A DNA stretch of 64,000 nucleotides from a bacterium (GCA_030646915.1 JAUSKT010000021.1:19707-83706), one strand, 5' to 3'. Shown: positions 1-8,747, counted from the stretch's first letter. Notes: a model not told the origin generated them from the letters alone. Made by a program: numbers and translations.

Positions 1-295
1 GCTTTTCTTCAATGTCATCAAGAATATCAATATTATCGATAGAATTTAAATTTATTTTTAAATGTTTATTTAAAATAGGAAGATCAAACCGATTGATGCT
101 GAAGCCGATGATTAATCCGGTATTTTGAAGCAGAGTTTTTAATTTATCCAGCTCGTGTTCAAAAAAAGATAAATAAGCACCTTGCTTATAAGAATAAACG
201 CCGACAAAAGAAATTTTTAAATCAGTTAAATATTCCTGCCCGCCAACGTCAGCAAAAGAATTTTTAGTTTCTATATCTATGACTAATTTATCCAT
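1..295 (-). CDS. RNase H-like domain protein (YprB/RNase_H_2-like), truncated by window edge
   Basis: Not in the ORF track. Manual translation from ATG at 295 gives MDKLVIDIETKNSF...LIIGFSINRFDLPIL, with DIET and GF-N-FD exonuclease-fold motifs; open to the edge. Confidence 0.75.
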   Translation of the reverse strand, partial: MDKLVIDIETKNSFADVGGQEYLTDLKISFVGVYSYKQGAYLSFFEHELDKLKTLLQNTGLIIGFSINRFDLPILNKHLKINLNSIDNIDILDDIEEK

Positions 296-325
296 GCTAA
301 TTTTATATAATTTTCTAGCTAATTA

Positions 326-352
326 ATGTATCCCGACTAATGTCGGGATGTA
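326..352. repeat. Short palindromic element TCCCGAC-TAAT-GTCGGGA flanked by ATGTA direct repeats
   Basis: ATGTA(326-330) TCCCGACTAATGTCGGG ATGTA(348-352); a second imperfect hairpin follows at about 353-404. Confidence 0.7.
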
Positions 353-404
353 GGTTTGGCAGCCAATCGCGCTACGCTTTCGGCTTGCGCTCTTGGGCCA
401 AGCC

Positions 405-887
405 CTACACATGCCGGTCTGCTACTTTACTTGCTGCATAGCTATTCGGCTTAGTTTTTGCTTCAAAGTTATTAGCTCGGACTACGCCGACTAATTCCTG
501 GATCATGGTCCGGGTTTCGCCGTTTTCTCCGATATCTACATGGATTTCAAATCCGCATTTTTCCAGCCCGGCATCTTTTAAAATATTTACTAATCCTTTG
601 CTGATTTCTAAAGATAATAAAACTTCCTGCCACATCCGGTCGCGAAGAGTGTGAATTTCAGTTTTTTCAATATGGCGCCAAAAATACCGTCCGCCATTGC
701 CAACGCGCTGGACTACGATAGCGGTTACAAAATCCGCTTTATCTCCTGGCCGTTTTTCTGAGTCTGTTCCAACGATGATTTTATATTCCCGCTTAGGATC
801 GGCATTGATATATTCAGAGATTGTCTGGACAATTTGAGCTGGATTTAGTTTCAATCCAAATGAACTATTAAATAAATACTTTTCCAT
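405..887 (-). CDS. Ribonuclease H-like YkuK family protein
   Basis: IVGTDS, FVTAIVV-R-G-GG, EIHVDIG-NG-T and KP-SYAAS-VADRH motifs. Confidence 0.85.
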   Translation of the reverse strand: MEKYLFNSSFGLKLNPAQIVQTISEYINADPKREYKIIVGTDSEKRPGDKADFVTAIVVQRVGNGGRYFWRHIEKTEIHTLRDRMWQEVLLSLEISKGLVNILKDAGLEKCGFEIHVDIGENGETRTMIQELVGVVRANNFEAKTKPNSYAASKVADRHV

Positions 888-947
888 TTGCTAGTTAGAG
901 TAGCTTATTTTCATTCATATTTCAAGTTACTATATAATAGTAATAAT

Positions 948-2153
948 ATGCAGAGATATTATTTTGATTATGCGGCGGGTACGCCGGTAGATCCGATTGT
1001 GGAAAAAGCCATGCGTCCGTATTGGGCGGAAAAATCCGGAAATCCCGGATCACTTCATTTTTTCGGCCAAGAAGCATCTGCTGGAGTTTTTAATGCGCGC
1101 GATACGATAGCAAAAGCCTTAGGATGCAATTATAAGGAAGTTATTTTTACTGGCTCTGCAACGGAGGCGAATAATTTGGCGGTCAGGGGAGTTGTAAGAA
1201 GCTTCAGGCTTAAATTTCCAGGTATTAAGCCGAAAATTATAGTTTCAACAATTGAACATGAATCAGTTTTAGAAACTGCAAGAGACCTAGAAAGAGATGG
1301 TGTGGAAGTAGTTTATTTGCCAGTAGATAAAAATGGATTGGTGGATTTAAAGAAGTTAAAAGACGCACTGGATGAGCGGACAATTTTGGTTTCAGTAATG
1401 TATGTGAATAATGAAGTTGGGAGTATTCAGCCAATTAAAATGATTTCAGACATGGTTAAGAATTTCCGCGGCAGCAATAATTATCCATTATTTCACACTG
1501 ACGCAGTCCAAGCTTTTAATTATTTGAATTGTAATGTGAATGATTTGGGGGTGGACTTACTTACGCTTTCTTCCCAAAAAATTTACGGGCCGAAAGGATG
1601 TGGACTTCTTTATATAAGAAGTCAAAAGTTAAATGTCAAAAGTCAAATGTTGGGGCGAAATTTTATTTCGCCGATCATAACTGGCGGTTCGGCTCAAGAA
1701 TACGGGCTTCGCGCCGGAACGGAAAACGTGCCGGCAATTGTCGGATTTGGAAAAGCCATAGAACTTGTCTCTAATTCGCGCGAATTAGAGAATAAGAGAT
1801 TAAGGAAACTGCAGGAATATTTTTTGGCGCAGATGAAAAAAATTGCGCCTAAGGCAAAATTAAATGGCCCGGAAAATTTAAAAAATCGCATTCCCAATAA
1901 TTTAAATTTTTATTTTCCATCCCGCGAAAACGAATCAGGAACAGCCCAAGATTTACTGATTAAATTGGATTTAGCCGGTTTTGCGGTTTCGCCAGGCGCG
2001 GCTTGCACTGCCCGCACTTGCCAGCCATCGCATGTGCTGAAAGCTATGGGCTATTCAGATGAGCGCGCCACCAGCAGTTTACGGTTTACTTTTGGCAGGC
2101 CGATTTTTAAGAGTGATATTGATAAATTATTAAATGAGATAAAGAAATTTTGA
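948..2153 (+). CDS. iscS: Cysteine desulfurase (IscS/NifS-like, class V PLP enzyme)
   Basis: YFDYAAGTP, FTGSATEANN, HTDAVQ, SSQKIYGPKG (PLP Lys), R-GTENV and SPGAAC (catalytic Cys). ATG 948 preferred over TTG 888. Confidence 0.88.
   Translation: MQRYYFDYAAGTPVDPIVEKAMRPYWAEKSGNPGSLHFFGQEASAGVFNARDTIAKALGCNYKEVIFTGSATEANNLAVRGVVRSFRLKFPGIKPKIIVSTIEHESVLETARDLERDGVEVVYLPVDKNGLVDLKKLKDALDERTILVSVMYVNNEVGSIQPIKMISDMVKNFRGSNNYPLFHTDAVQAFNYLNCNVNDLGVDLLTLSSQKIYGPKGCGLLYIRSQKLNVKSQMLGRNFISPIITGGSAQEYGLRAGTENVPAIVGFGKAIELVSNSRELENKRLRKLQEYFLAQMKKIAPKAKLNGPENLKNRIPNNLNFYFPSRENESGTAQDLLIKLDLAGFAVSPGAACTARTCQPSHVLKAMGYSDERATSSLRFTFGRPIFKSDIDKLLNEIKKF
1617..1651 (+). repeat. Intragenic degenerate 7-nt tandem array (5 units, consensus AAAWGTY)
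   Basis: agaagtc aaaagtt aaatgtc aaaagtc aaatgtt, encoding RSQKLNVKSQML. Confidence 0.75.
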
Positions 2154-2236
2154 TATGATCAAGATATTGGCGGATATGTTATATTTAAATAAGCTCGTAA
2201 TTAATAATTAAAAAGTCGTAAAAATAAAATAATCTT

Positions 2237-3208
2237 ATGAAGAAAATCATTATAAATAGTATTATTGCAGCCAGTTTGGTTGCAGGCAGCAATTTGGCAG
2301 TTTTTGCCCAGACTACAGCTAGTCCGTTAAAGGAGGCAGTAAAAGAGAGAACAGAAACCAAGAAAGAAGCAGTTACGGAAAAAAGAGAGGCGGTTAAAAC
2401 AGCAGTGGAAGAAAGGAATGTGGCGGTAAAAAATGCCCAAGAGCAGAGAAAAACTGCAGCCCAAGAAATTAAGATTGAAAGAAAAGACGCGGTAAAAGCC
2501 GTGACGGCGGAAAGGGAAGCGGCAATGAAAACCGTCAAAGAAGCTTTACAAAAAGCTAATGAAGAAAGGAAAGTAGTTCTAGAAAAAACTCGTGAGGAAT
2601 TTAAAGTTAAAATGGAGGCGGCTAAAACCGAATTTGAAAAAAAGCGGGAAGCAGCTAAAACAGAATTAAAAACTCGGCTGGAAAAAGTTAAAGATGAAAA
2701 GAAAAAAGCAACAGTAGAAAGATTAGATAATCGATTTACAGAAATCAATACTAAGGAAACTAACCATTTATTAAATACCTTAACTCGTTTAGAGGAATTG
2801 CTTGGAAAAGTTTCTGCGCGAGCTGATAAAGCTGCTTCTAATGGCAAGGACGTTTCCGTAACAAGAACAGCGGTAGAAAAAGCTAAAACTTCCATTGCTT
2901 CAGCAAGAACTGCTTTGGAAGCTCAATTAAAGAAAACTTATCCAATCCAGATTAACGATGAAGCGCAATTAAAATCTGCAGTCGCAGCTGCCCGGGAAGC
3001 TTTAAATAAAGATTTGAAAGCTGCCAGGGAATTAGTAAGAACTGCGCATAAAGCAGTAGTGGATGCCACTAGGAATTTAAAAGCAGTTCCAGAAGTTAAT
3101 AAAGAGCCGGAAACAACGGCTGCCGTTACTGAAACAACTGCGCCAGCCCCAACGACAGAATCTTCAGCTGAAACCGAGTCGACAACAGAAACCTCAACTA
3201 ATAATTAA
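2237..3208 (+). CDS. Secreted long coiled-coil protein with Thr/Glu-rich tail
   Basis: Signal peptide ending AVFA; K/E/A-rich helical repeats; low-complexity T/E/S C-terminus. Confidence 0.8.
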   Translation: MKKIIINSIIAASLVAGSNLAVFAQTTASPLKEAVKERTETKKEAVTEKREAVKTAVEERNVAVKNAQEQRKTAAQEIKIERKDAVKAVTAEREAAMKTVKEALQKANEERKVVLEKTREEFKVKMEAAKTEFEKKREAAKTELKTRLEKVKDEKKKATVERLDNRFTEINTKETNHLLNTLTRLEELLGKVSARADKAASNGKDVSVTRTAVEKAKTSIASARTALEAQLKKTYPIQINDEAQLKSAVAAAREALNKDLKAARELVRTAHKAVVDATRNLKAVPEVNKEPETTAAVTETTAPAPTTESSAETESTTETSTNN

Positions 3209-3219
3209 TCAAAAATAAT

Positions 3220-3453
3220 ATGGAACAAAATTCTTCAAAAACTTTAGTTTTGGCAGTAGTCGGAGTAGTTGTATTGGTAGTTGGCGCTTGGTTATTGATG
3301 GGATCCAGGCAGGCGGCAGCTCCGGAAATTTCTGGACCGGCTTTAAGCCAGGAAGATACCACTTCTGCAATTGAAGCAGAATTGGATGCAACGGACTTCG
3401 GAAATTTAGAAGCCGAACTCCAGGCAACTGACGCAGATTTAAATAGTTTGTAG
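3220..3453 (+). CDS. Small membrane-anchored acidic protein
   Basis: One N-terminal TM helix and an acidic C-terminal helix; 11 nt after the previous gene and followed by a terminator. Confidence 0.75.
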   Translation: MEQNSSKTLVLAVVGVVVLVVGAWLLMGSRQAAAPEISGPALSQEDTTSAIEAELDATDFGNLEAELQATDADLNSL

Positions 3454-3458
3454 AAAAT

Positions 3459-3491
3459 AAAAAAACCACCAACTTGTTTGGTGGTTTTTTT
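3459..3491 (+). terminator. Intrinsic (probably bidirectional) terminator
   Basis: A7-CCACCAA-cttgt-TTGGTGG-T7. Confidence 0.85.
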
Positions 3492-3504
3492 ATATGCTCA
3501 ATGT

Positions 3505-3626
3505 AGGAAAACCACGGCCTTTAGGCCGTGGATAGTTGGCATATTCGGCACTACACCTAGGTGTAGTGCCGGGCAAGCGAAGCTTGAAATATAAAGAAAC
3601 CCCGGCCTTCAGGCTGGGGAGTTTCA
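3505..3626 (+). mobile_element. Non-autonomous IS200/IS605-like palindromic mini-element (PATE-like)
   Basis: Related hairpins CCACGGCC-TTTA-GGCCGTGG (3512-3531) and CCCCGGCC-TTCA-GGCTGGGG (3600-3619) followed by AGTTTCA; perfect 26-bp palindrome between them (3546-3571); no ORF. Confidence 0.55.
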
Positions 3627-3701
3627 TTTGCATTTTTTGAAGATCATGTTAATCTCTTAACAGAAATAAAAGTTTCAAGATCATTGAAAAACGGGGCAAG
3701 A

Positions 3702-3971
3702 ATGGAAAAAGTGTTCAAGACGTCTAATATGGTTAAAAAAATGAAACCAGTTTGGGCAGGCTTTATTATTAGTTTGGGTTATACAAAGAGACAAGGAAAA
3801 GCATTCGCTGAAGGATATGCTGCTGGAGTTGCTAAATTGCCAATTTTGGGCAAACTTAAGGCATTAGAAAATCAGGATGATCGCTGTATGAAAGTAGGTT
3901 TTAAAGCCTCTGGCATTAATGAAGAAGAGGCCTTAAAAAGATTTAATAGTAAACAACACCGTTCAATTTGA
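3702..3971 (+). CDS. Hypothetical small basic protein
   Basis: Stand-alone ORF with promoter-like TTGCAT-16-TAATCT (3628-3655) and its own terminator. Start is either 3684 or 3702. Confidence 0.55.
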   Translation: MEKVFKTSNMVKKMKPVWAGFIISLGYTKRQGKAFAEGYAAGVAKLPILGKLKALENQDDRCMKVGFKASGINEEEALKRFNSKQHRSI

Positions 3972-3986
3972 GCGGTTTTTTGTTTT
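3958..3986 (+). terminator. Intrinsic terminator
   Basis: ACCGTTCA-att-TGAGCGGT followed by a T-tract. Confidence 0.7.
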
Positions 3987-4026
3987 AGCACTCGGGTTGA
4001 CAGAGTGCTAAAACGTCTGCTATAAT
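3985..4026 (+). promoter_or_regulatory. CIRCE operator (HrcA site) overlapping a consensus sigma70 promoter of clpB
   Basis: TTAGCACTC-gggttgaca-GAGTGCTAA (3985-4011) is the perfect consensus. TTGACA lies at 3997-4002 inside the spacer and TGcTATAAT at 4018-4026. Confidence 0.95.
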
Positions 4027-4047
4027 GTAAATGTTATAATAAAAGTA

Positions 4048-4161
4048 ATGAATCCCGTTAGAAAATTAATAAATATGTTTAATAATAACCAAAATTTTAT
4101 AGAGCAGTATCGGAAATCTTCAGTCGGCAAGACGTTTAATTTAATTTTCTAACGGGATGAA
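4048..4161. mobile_element. MITE-like palindromic insertion at the clpB start codon
   Basis: 18-bp perfect inverted repeat ATCCCGTTAGAAAATTAA (4052-4069) / TTAATTTTCTAACGGGAT (4141-4158); ATGAA direct repeat at 4048-4052 and 4157-4161. Confidence 0.75.
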
Positions 4162-6820
4162 GAACTTTAACCGTTTTACGATTAAAGCCCAGGAAGCTCT
4201 TCAAAATGCGCAGGATTTAGCGAGCCAAAAAAATCACGGTGAATTTAAGGCCCTGCATCTTTTGTCTGCTTTAATTTCCGATGAACAATCTTTAGTCCGC
4301 CCGCTTTTAACCCATTCCGGGGTGGATTTGGAAAAATTAGACGGGACAATTGAAGAAGAACTGAAAAAACTTCCAAAGATTTTTACAACCGCGACTGTCG
4401 GCCAGCTTTATTTATCCCAGGAATTGATGCAGGTGCTTGATAAGGCGGCAAAAATCGCCCAAATGCAAAAAGATGAATTTATTTCCTGTGAGCATTTGCT
4501 TTTAGGAATCTTGGAAACTTCATCCGCGGCCCAAATTTTATTGGAGCGGGCAGGTTTTCGCCGGGAGACCGCGCTTCGGAATTTAGCCCAGCTCCGCGGT
4601 TCAACTCGGGTTACTGATGAGACTCCGGAAAGTAAATTCCAAGTTTTGGATAAATATGCGATTAATCTTACTGATCAGGCTCGAGATGGGAAATTAGATC
4701 CGGTTATCGGCAGAGATGAAGAATTGCGGAGAGTAATTCAGGTTTTATCCCGCCGGACAAAAAACAACCCGATTTTAATTGGGGAACCGGGCGTGGGAAA
4801 AACCGCGATTGTTGAGGGTTTGGCGCAGAGAATTGTTTCCGGAGACGTGCCAGAACCGCTTAAAAATAAAGAAATTATAATGCTTGATTTAGGGTCGCTT
4901 ATTGCCGGAACTAAGTTTCGTGGTGAATTTGAAGACCGACTGAAAGCTTTTATAAAAGAAATCCAGAATTCCGCCGGCAGACTGATTCTTTTTATAGATG
5001 AGATACATATGATAGTAGGCGCTGGCGCAGCCGAGGGGGCAATTGACGCTTCTAATTTATTAAAGCCGGCATTGGCGCGAGGCGAACTTCACGCGATTGG
5101 CGCGACAACTTTAAAGGAATATCAAAAGCATTTTGAAAAAGATATGGCCTTAGTCCGGCGTTTCCAGCCGATTTTCGTGGAAGAGCCTTCATTGGAAGAC
5201 AGTGTTACTATTTTACGCGGATTGAAAGAAAAATATGAAATTCATCATGGTCTTAGAATCAGCGACGAAGCGCTTATAGCGGCCGTGAATTTATCGGCTC
5301 GTTATATTTCCGACCGATTTTTGCCCGATAAAGCAGTGGATTTAATTGATGAGGCATCGGCTGCCCGAAGATTAGAAACAGAAAGCTTGCCTTCAGAAAT
5401 TGATAAGATTCGAAGAGAACTTACTAGTTTGGAAGTGGAAAAATCGGCTTTAAATAAAGAGACTAATCCGAAAAGCAAAAAACGGCTGAAAGAAATAGCA
5501 AAAGCAATTATAGAATTAAAAGAAAAGAATGATGAACTTTCCGCCCAATGGCATGCGGAAAAACTGGCTTTTGAGAATTTGCATAATTTGCGGAAGAAAA
5601 TTGAAGATTTAAAGCGGGAAGTGGAAGTGGCGGAGCGGGAAGGGAATTTGGAGCGGGTAGCGCAGATTTTTTATGGCCAGTTGCCATTAGCGGAAAAAGA
5701 TTTTAATAATTTTGAGAAAAAATATTTTATTAAAAGCCAAAAGTCCCTGGCTGGGCAGATAAAATCTAAAAAAGATAAATTTTTGAAGGAATCGGTTGAT
5801 GAAGAAGATATTGCTTCTGTTGTTTCCCGCTGGACCGGCATTCCGGTTACTAAAATGCTTGAATCTGAAGGAGAAAAGCTAATGAAAATTGATGAAGTGC
5901 TTTCTAAAAGAGTAATCGGCCAAAAAGAAGGAATTTCTGCGGTTTCTAACGCCTTAAGGCGGGCACGAGCCGGGCTTTCGGATGAAAATCGGCCGCTTGG
6001 ATCTTTTATGTTTCTCGGCCCTACCGGAGTCGGCAAGACTGAACTCGCTAAAACTTTGGCGGAATTTATGTTTAATGATGAAAAAGCTTTAGTGAGGATT
6101 GATATGTCGGAATATATGGAAAAATATTCGGTATCCCGATTAATCGGTTCTCCTCCCGGATATGTCGGTTATGAAGAAGGCGGACAATTAACCGAGATAG
6201 TCCGCCATCGGCCGTATAGCTTGATTCTTTTTGATGAAATTGAGAAAGCCAATCCGGAAGTGTTCAATATTCTCTTACAAGTACTGGATAACGGCAGATT
6301 AACCGATGGAAAGGGCAGAGTAGTGAATTTCAAAAATACTATTATTATCATGACTTCTAATGTCGGCGGCCACTATATAAAGGAAATGGCTAATTTGGGA
6401 TTTGCTTCCGGGATTGAAGACGGCAATCGGGAAATGGAGGCTAGCCGCTTTAAAGAAAAAGTCCACGAGGAATTAAAAGAACGTTTCCGGCCGGAATTTT
6501 TAAACCGGATAGACGACATAATTATTTTTAATCCTCTTAAAAAGAGCGATATTGGGTTGATTATTGACAAGCAGATTGAAGAGGTAAGGCTAAAAGTGGA
6601 AAGCAAGGGAATGAAATTAATCATTGATTCTTCGGTTAAAAATTACCTGATTGAGCATGGCTATAGCGCGGAATATGGCGCCCGTCCGATTAAACGCTTG
6701 ATTCAAAAAACCATTCTCGATAAAATGGCCGATAAGATGATTAAGGGAGAGCTTAAACATGGTGGAAAAGTTAAAATTAGTTTTTCAAAATCACCGGAGC
6801 CAGTTATTGCTGTATCTTAA
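4157..6820 (+). CDS. clpB: ATP-dependent chaperone ClpB
   Basis: Clp N-domain, two AAA+ modules ([16 protein letters not shown]), coiled-coil middle domain, RIDMSEY and GSPPGYVGY motifs. Confidence 0.95.
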   Translation: MKNFNRFTIKAQEALQNAQDLASQKNHGEFKALHLLSALISDEQSLVRPLLTHSGVDLEKLDGTIEEELKKLPKIFTTATVGQLYLSQELMQVLDKAAKIAQMQKDEFISCEHLLLGILETSSAAQILLERAGFRRETALRNLAQLRGSTRVTDETPESKFQVLDKYAINLTDQARDGKLDPVIGRDEELRRVIQVLSRRTKNNPILIGEPGVGKTAIVEGLAQRIVSGDVPEPLKNKEIIMLDLGSLIAGTKFRGEFEDRLKAFIKEIQNSAGRLILFIDEIHMIVGAGAAEGAIDASNLLKPALARGELHAIGATTLKEYQKHFEKDMALVRRFQPIFVEEPSLEDSVTILRGLKEKYEIHHGLRISDEALIAAVNLSARYISDRFLPDKAVDLIDEASAARRLETESLPSEIDKIRRELTSLEVEKSALNKETNPKSKKRLKEIAKAIIELKEKNDELSAQWHAEKLAFENLHNLRKKIEDLKREVEVAEREGNLERVAQIFYGQLPLAEKDFNNFEKKYFIKSQKSLAGQIKSKKDKFLKESVDEEDIASVVSRWTGIPVTKMLESEGEKLMKIDEVLSKRVIGQKEGISAVSNALRRARAGLSDENRPLGSFMFLGPTGVGKTELAKTLAEFMFNDEKALVRIDMSEYMEKYSVSRLIGSPPGYVGYEEGGQLTEIVRHRPYSLILFDEIEKANPEVFNILLQVLDNGRLTDGKGRVVNFKNTIIIMTSNVGGHYIKEMANLGFASGIEDGNREMEASRFKEKVHEELKERFRPEFLNRIDDIIIFNPLKKSDIGLIIDKQIEEVRLKVESKGMKLIIDSSVKNYLIEHGYSAEYGARPIKRLIQKTILDKMADKMIKGELKHGGKVKISFSKSPEPVIAVS

Positions 6821-7514
6821 AACGCTTATTTTCAGCCTGGTCTTGCTGATAGTTTTTTTAGGCAACTTTAATTTTATTTATATAGGGTTATTTGTTTTGA
6901 CGGCGTTTTTCCTTTATGCCCGCCCGCTTTTTGAGCATTACTATAATATTTATTCCTTTTTGATTTTAATCGCGGTTGCTCTTTTGGGGGTCTGGTCCGC
7001 GGCTGGATCTTCCTTGGTCTGGCTGAATTGGATTATTTTTTCCTGCCTTTTTTATCTTATTTTAGGAATTAAAGATTATCTTTTTATAAAAAGAAGCCGG
7101 CTTTATTATTCAGCGGCTCTGGTTTTGTCCTATTATATTTTTACCCTGTTTTTTTTATCGGATAAATCAGATTGGTTTTTATTGAAATATGGTTTGGCAG
7201 TTTTGGCGGTTTTTTTATTAATTCGCGAGTGGCTTGCCATTTTAACCAGCTTTAATTTTCCAAAAAGGGAATTACTAGCCGCTTCTGTCGCCGCTTTTTT
7301 GATGGCCCAAATTTTATGGGGCATTGCGCTTTTGCCTATTGGTTTTATTAATTCCGCTAATTTCGCGCTTTTATCCTTTTTTATAATCGGCGAATTTTTA
7401 TATAAGCATTTTACCGGCGGAATTTCCAAAGAATTTTTATGGCAGCATGCGGCCTTATTCATATTTTTATCGGCAATTATTTTTTGGACTTCTAATTGGA
7501 GCTTGAGTTTTTAA
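6759..7514 (+). CDS. Multi-pass membrane protein of unknown function
   Basis: About 8 hydrophobic segments. Overlaps the clpB end, so the start is uncertain. Confidence 0.75.
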   Translation: MVEKLKLVFQNHRSQLLLYLKTLIFSLVLLIVFLGNFNFIYIGLFVLTAFFLYARPLFEHYYNIYSFLILIAVALLGVWSAAGSSLVWLNWIIFSCLFYLILGIKDYLFIKRSRLYYSAALVLSYYIFTLFFLSDKSDWFLLKYGLAVLAVFLLIREWLAILTSFNFPKRELLAASVAAFLMAQILWGIALLPIGFINSANFALLSFFIIGEFLYKHFTGGISKEFLWQHAALFIFLSAIIFWTSNWSLSF

Positions 7515-7530
7515 CTTAACAATTTTTATT

Positions 7531-7552
7531 AACCGCTATTAAGCGGTTTTTT
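7531..7552 (+). terminator. Intrinsic terminator
   Basis: AACCGCT-atta-AGCGGTT followed by a T-tract. Confidence 0.75.
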
Positions 7553-7570
7553 CTTTTTTAAAATCTAATA

Positions 7571-7775
7571 AAGCGAGTTTTTATTTACTTGAGAACATTG
7601 CGTAGGAATAGTTACAAAAATTTAAGCGAGCAGTCATCCCTACGGGAGATCTCTCGAAGGGAGAGAAAAATTCCGGGATACCCAGGAGGAATGACTAGGG
7701 TAGAATTTTTCCGTTAAGCGAGCGAATTATTTTTGTCTATTCTGAAGCAGCGTTCAAAAGAAATAAGAAGCGAGC
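7571..7775. repeat. Structured ~200-bp element (long imperfect inverted repeat with nested hairpins)
   Basis: Arms 7578-7621 and 7729-7769 are imperfectly complementary; AAGCGAG at 7571, 7624, 7716 and 7768; several internal hairpins. Confidence 0.6.
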
Positions 7776-7781
7776 TAAAAG

Positions 7782-7811
7782 TTGACACATAGTTGAGGAT
7801 TGTAATAAAAT
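7782..7811 (+). promoter_or_regulatory. Sigma70-like promoter, probably leaderless transcript
   Basis: TTGACA-18-TAAAAT, with the ATG 7 nt downstream. Confidence 0.6.
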
Positions 7812-7818
7812 AATCCCT

Positions 7819-8535
7819 ATGTCGCCTGATTTTGTGAAACAAAAAGCTCGTGAAATTTCTTACGCCCTTTTGAGGGTGGCTTTTTATATAAAGAGGGTAG
7901 AATTCCGATCCCGTTTGGAAGTTTTAGCAGTAGAGCTTTTAGAAAATGCTTCAAGGATAAGCGTTGATGCTAGTTTAGAAAATACCAATAAGGCCGTGGA
8001 AACAGTTTCGGTCTTAGATGGATTAATCCGTTTGGCGCACTCTATTTATGAAATAGAACCGGTGAACGCGACTATATTAGTTAGAGAATTAGATGGTCTT
8101 AGTTCGGCAATTCGGCAAGTATCGGAAAATTCTCAAAATCAATCCGGCAACCCAGTCTTTAATTCTGAATTGCCGAATTTGGAGAGCTTATTTTCTAAGG
8201 TTCCAGTAGCCGTTACTTCTTCAGTTAAACCGGTTTCTAGTTATGAAACTGTAAATTTGAATTCTTTTGAGAATAATCAGGAACCGACCTTATCAGATAA
8301 TAAGGCAAACGGCAACGGTAATAGTTTAAATACGGCAATTCGGCAATCGGCAATTATAAATAGGGTTAGATCCGGCAATGGGAATGGTTGTCGGTTAAAA
8401 GAATTAATTACAGATTTTTCCGATGTTAGCGAAAGAACCCTAAGATATGACCTCCAAAGGCTTTGTGATCAGGGCGTTATAGAAAGGGTGGGTAATGGGG
8501 GACCAGCCAGCTATTATAGGTATAAGAAGGAATAA
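7819..8535 (+). CDS. Putative regulator: N-terminal helical bundle plus C-terminal DeoR-type winged HTH
   Basis: C-terminal RQSAII...VSERTLRYDLQRL...G-IER-G is typical of a DeoR/HTH_11 wHTH; low-complexity linker. Confidence 0.7.
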   Translation: MSPDFVKQKAREISYALLRVAFYIKRVEFRSRLEVLAVELLENASRISVDASLENTNKAVETVSVLDGLIRLAHSIYEIEPVNATILVRELDGLSSAIRQVSENSQNQSGNPVFNSELPNLESLFSKVPVAVTSSVKPVSSYETVNLNSFENNQEPTLSDNKANGNGNSLNTAIRQSAIINRVRSGNGNGCRLKELITDFSDVSERTLRYDLQRLCDQGVIERVGNGGPASYYRYKKE

Positions 8536-8553
8536 GTCAGTAGATCAGTTGGG

Positions 8554-8613
8554 TGTAATCCCGTTAGAGGCAGCGAGGGCTCGCAGCTCGCCTCGGCCTC
8601 TAACGGGATGTAA
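8554..8613. repeat. Palindromic element of the same family as 4048-4161
   Basis: TGTAA | TCCCGTTAGAGGC ... GCCTCTAACGGGA | TGTAA. Confidence 0.75.
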
Positions 8614-8685
8614 TAAAAATAGGGCAATTTCGTTATATATTAGGTACCCCTTGAAAAGCCTATGAGTGTGTGATAAATTAGACAC

Positions 8686-8694
8686 TTATCCACA
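8686..8694 (+). promoter_or_regulatory. Single perfect DnaA box
   Basis: TTATCCACA upstream of the S-layer-like gene promoter region; could be chance. Confidence 0.35.
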
Positions 8695-8747
8695 TAAGCA
8701 GATTTTGATGGGTATAAAATTCGTAGTAAAATAAACATATAGATTAA

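Noticed and set aside
2185-2895. 236-aa antisense ORF
   Set aside because: Shadow of the K/E/A-rich coiled-coil gene on the + strand; no independent features.
3505-3626. Possible CRISPR mini-array
   Set aside because: The hairpins are not identical direct repeats with regular spacers, and no cas genes are present.
8640-8740. Possible replication origin
   Set aside because: Only one perfect DnaA box, and no dnaA/dnaN nearby.
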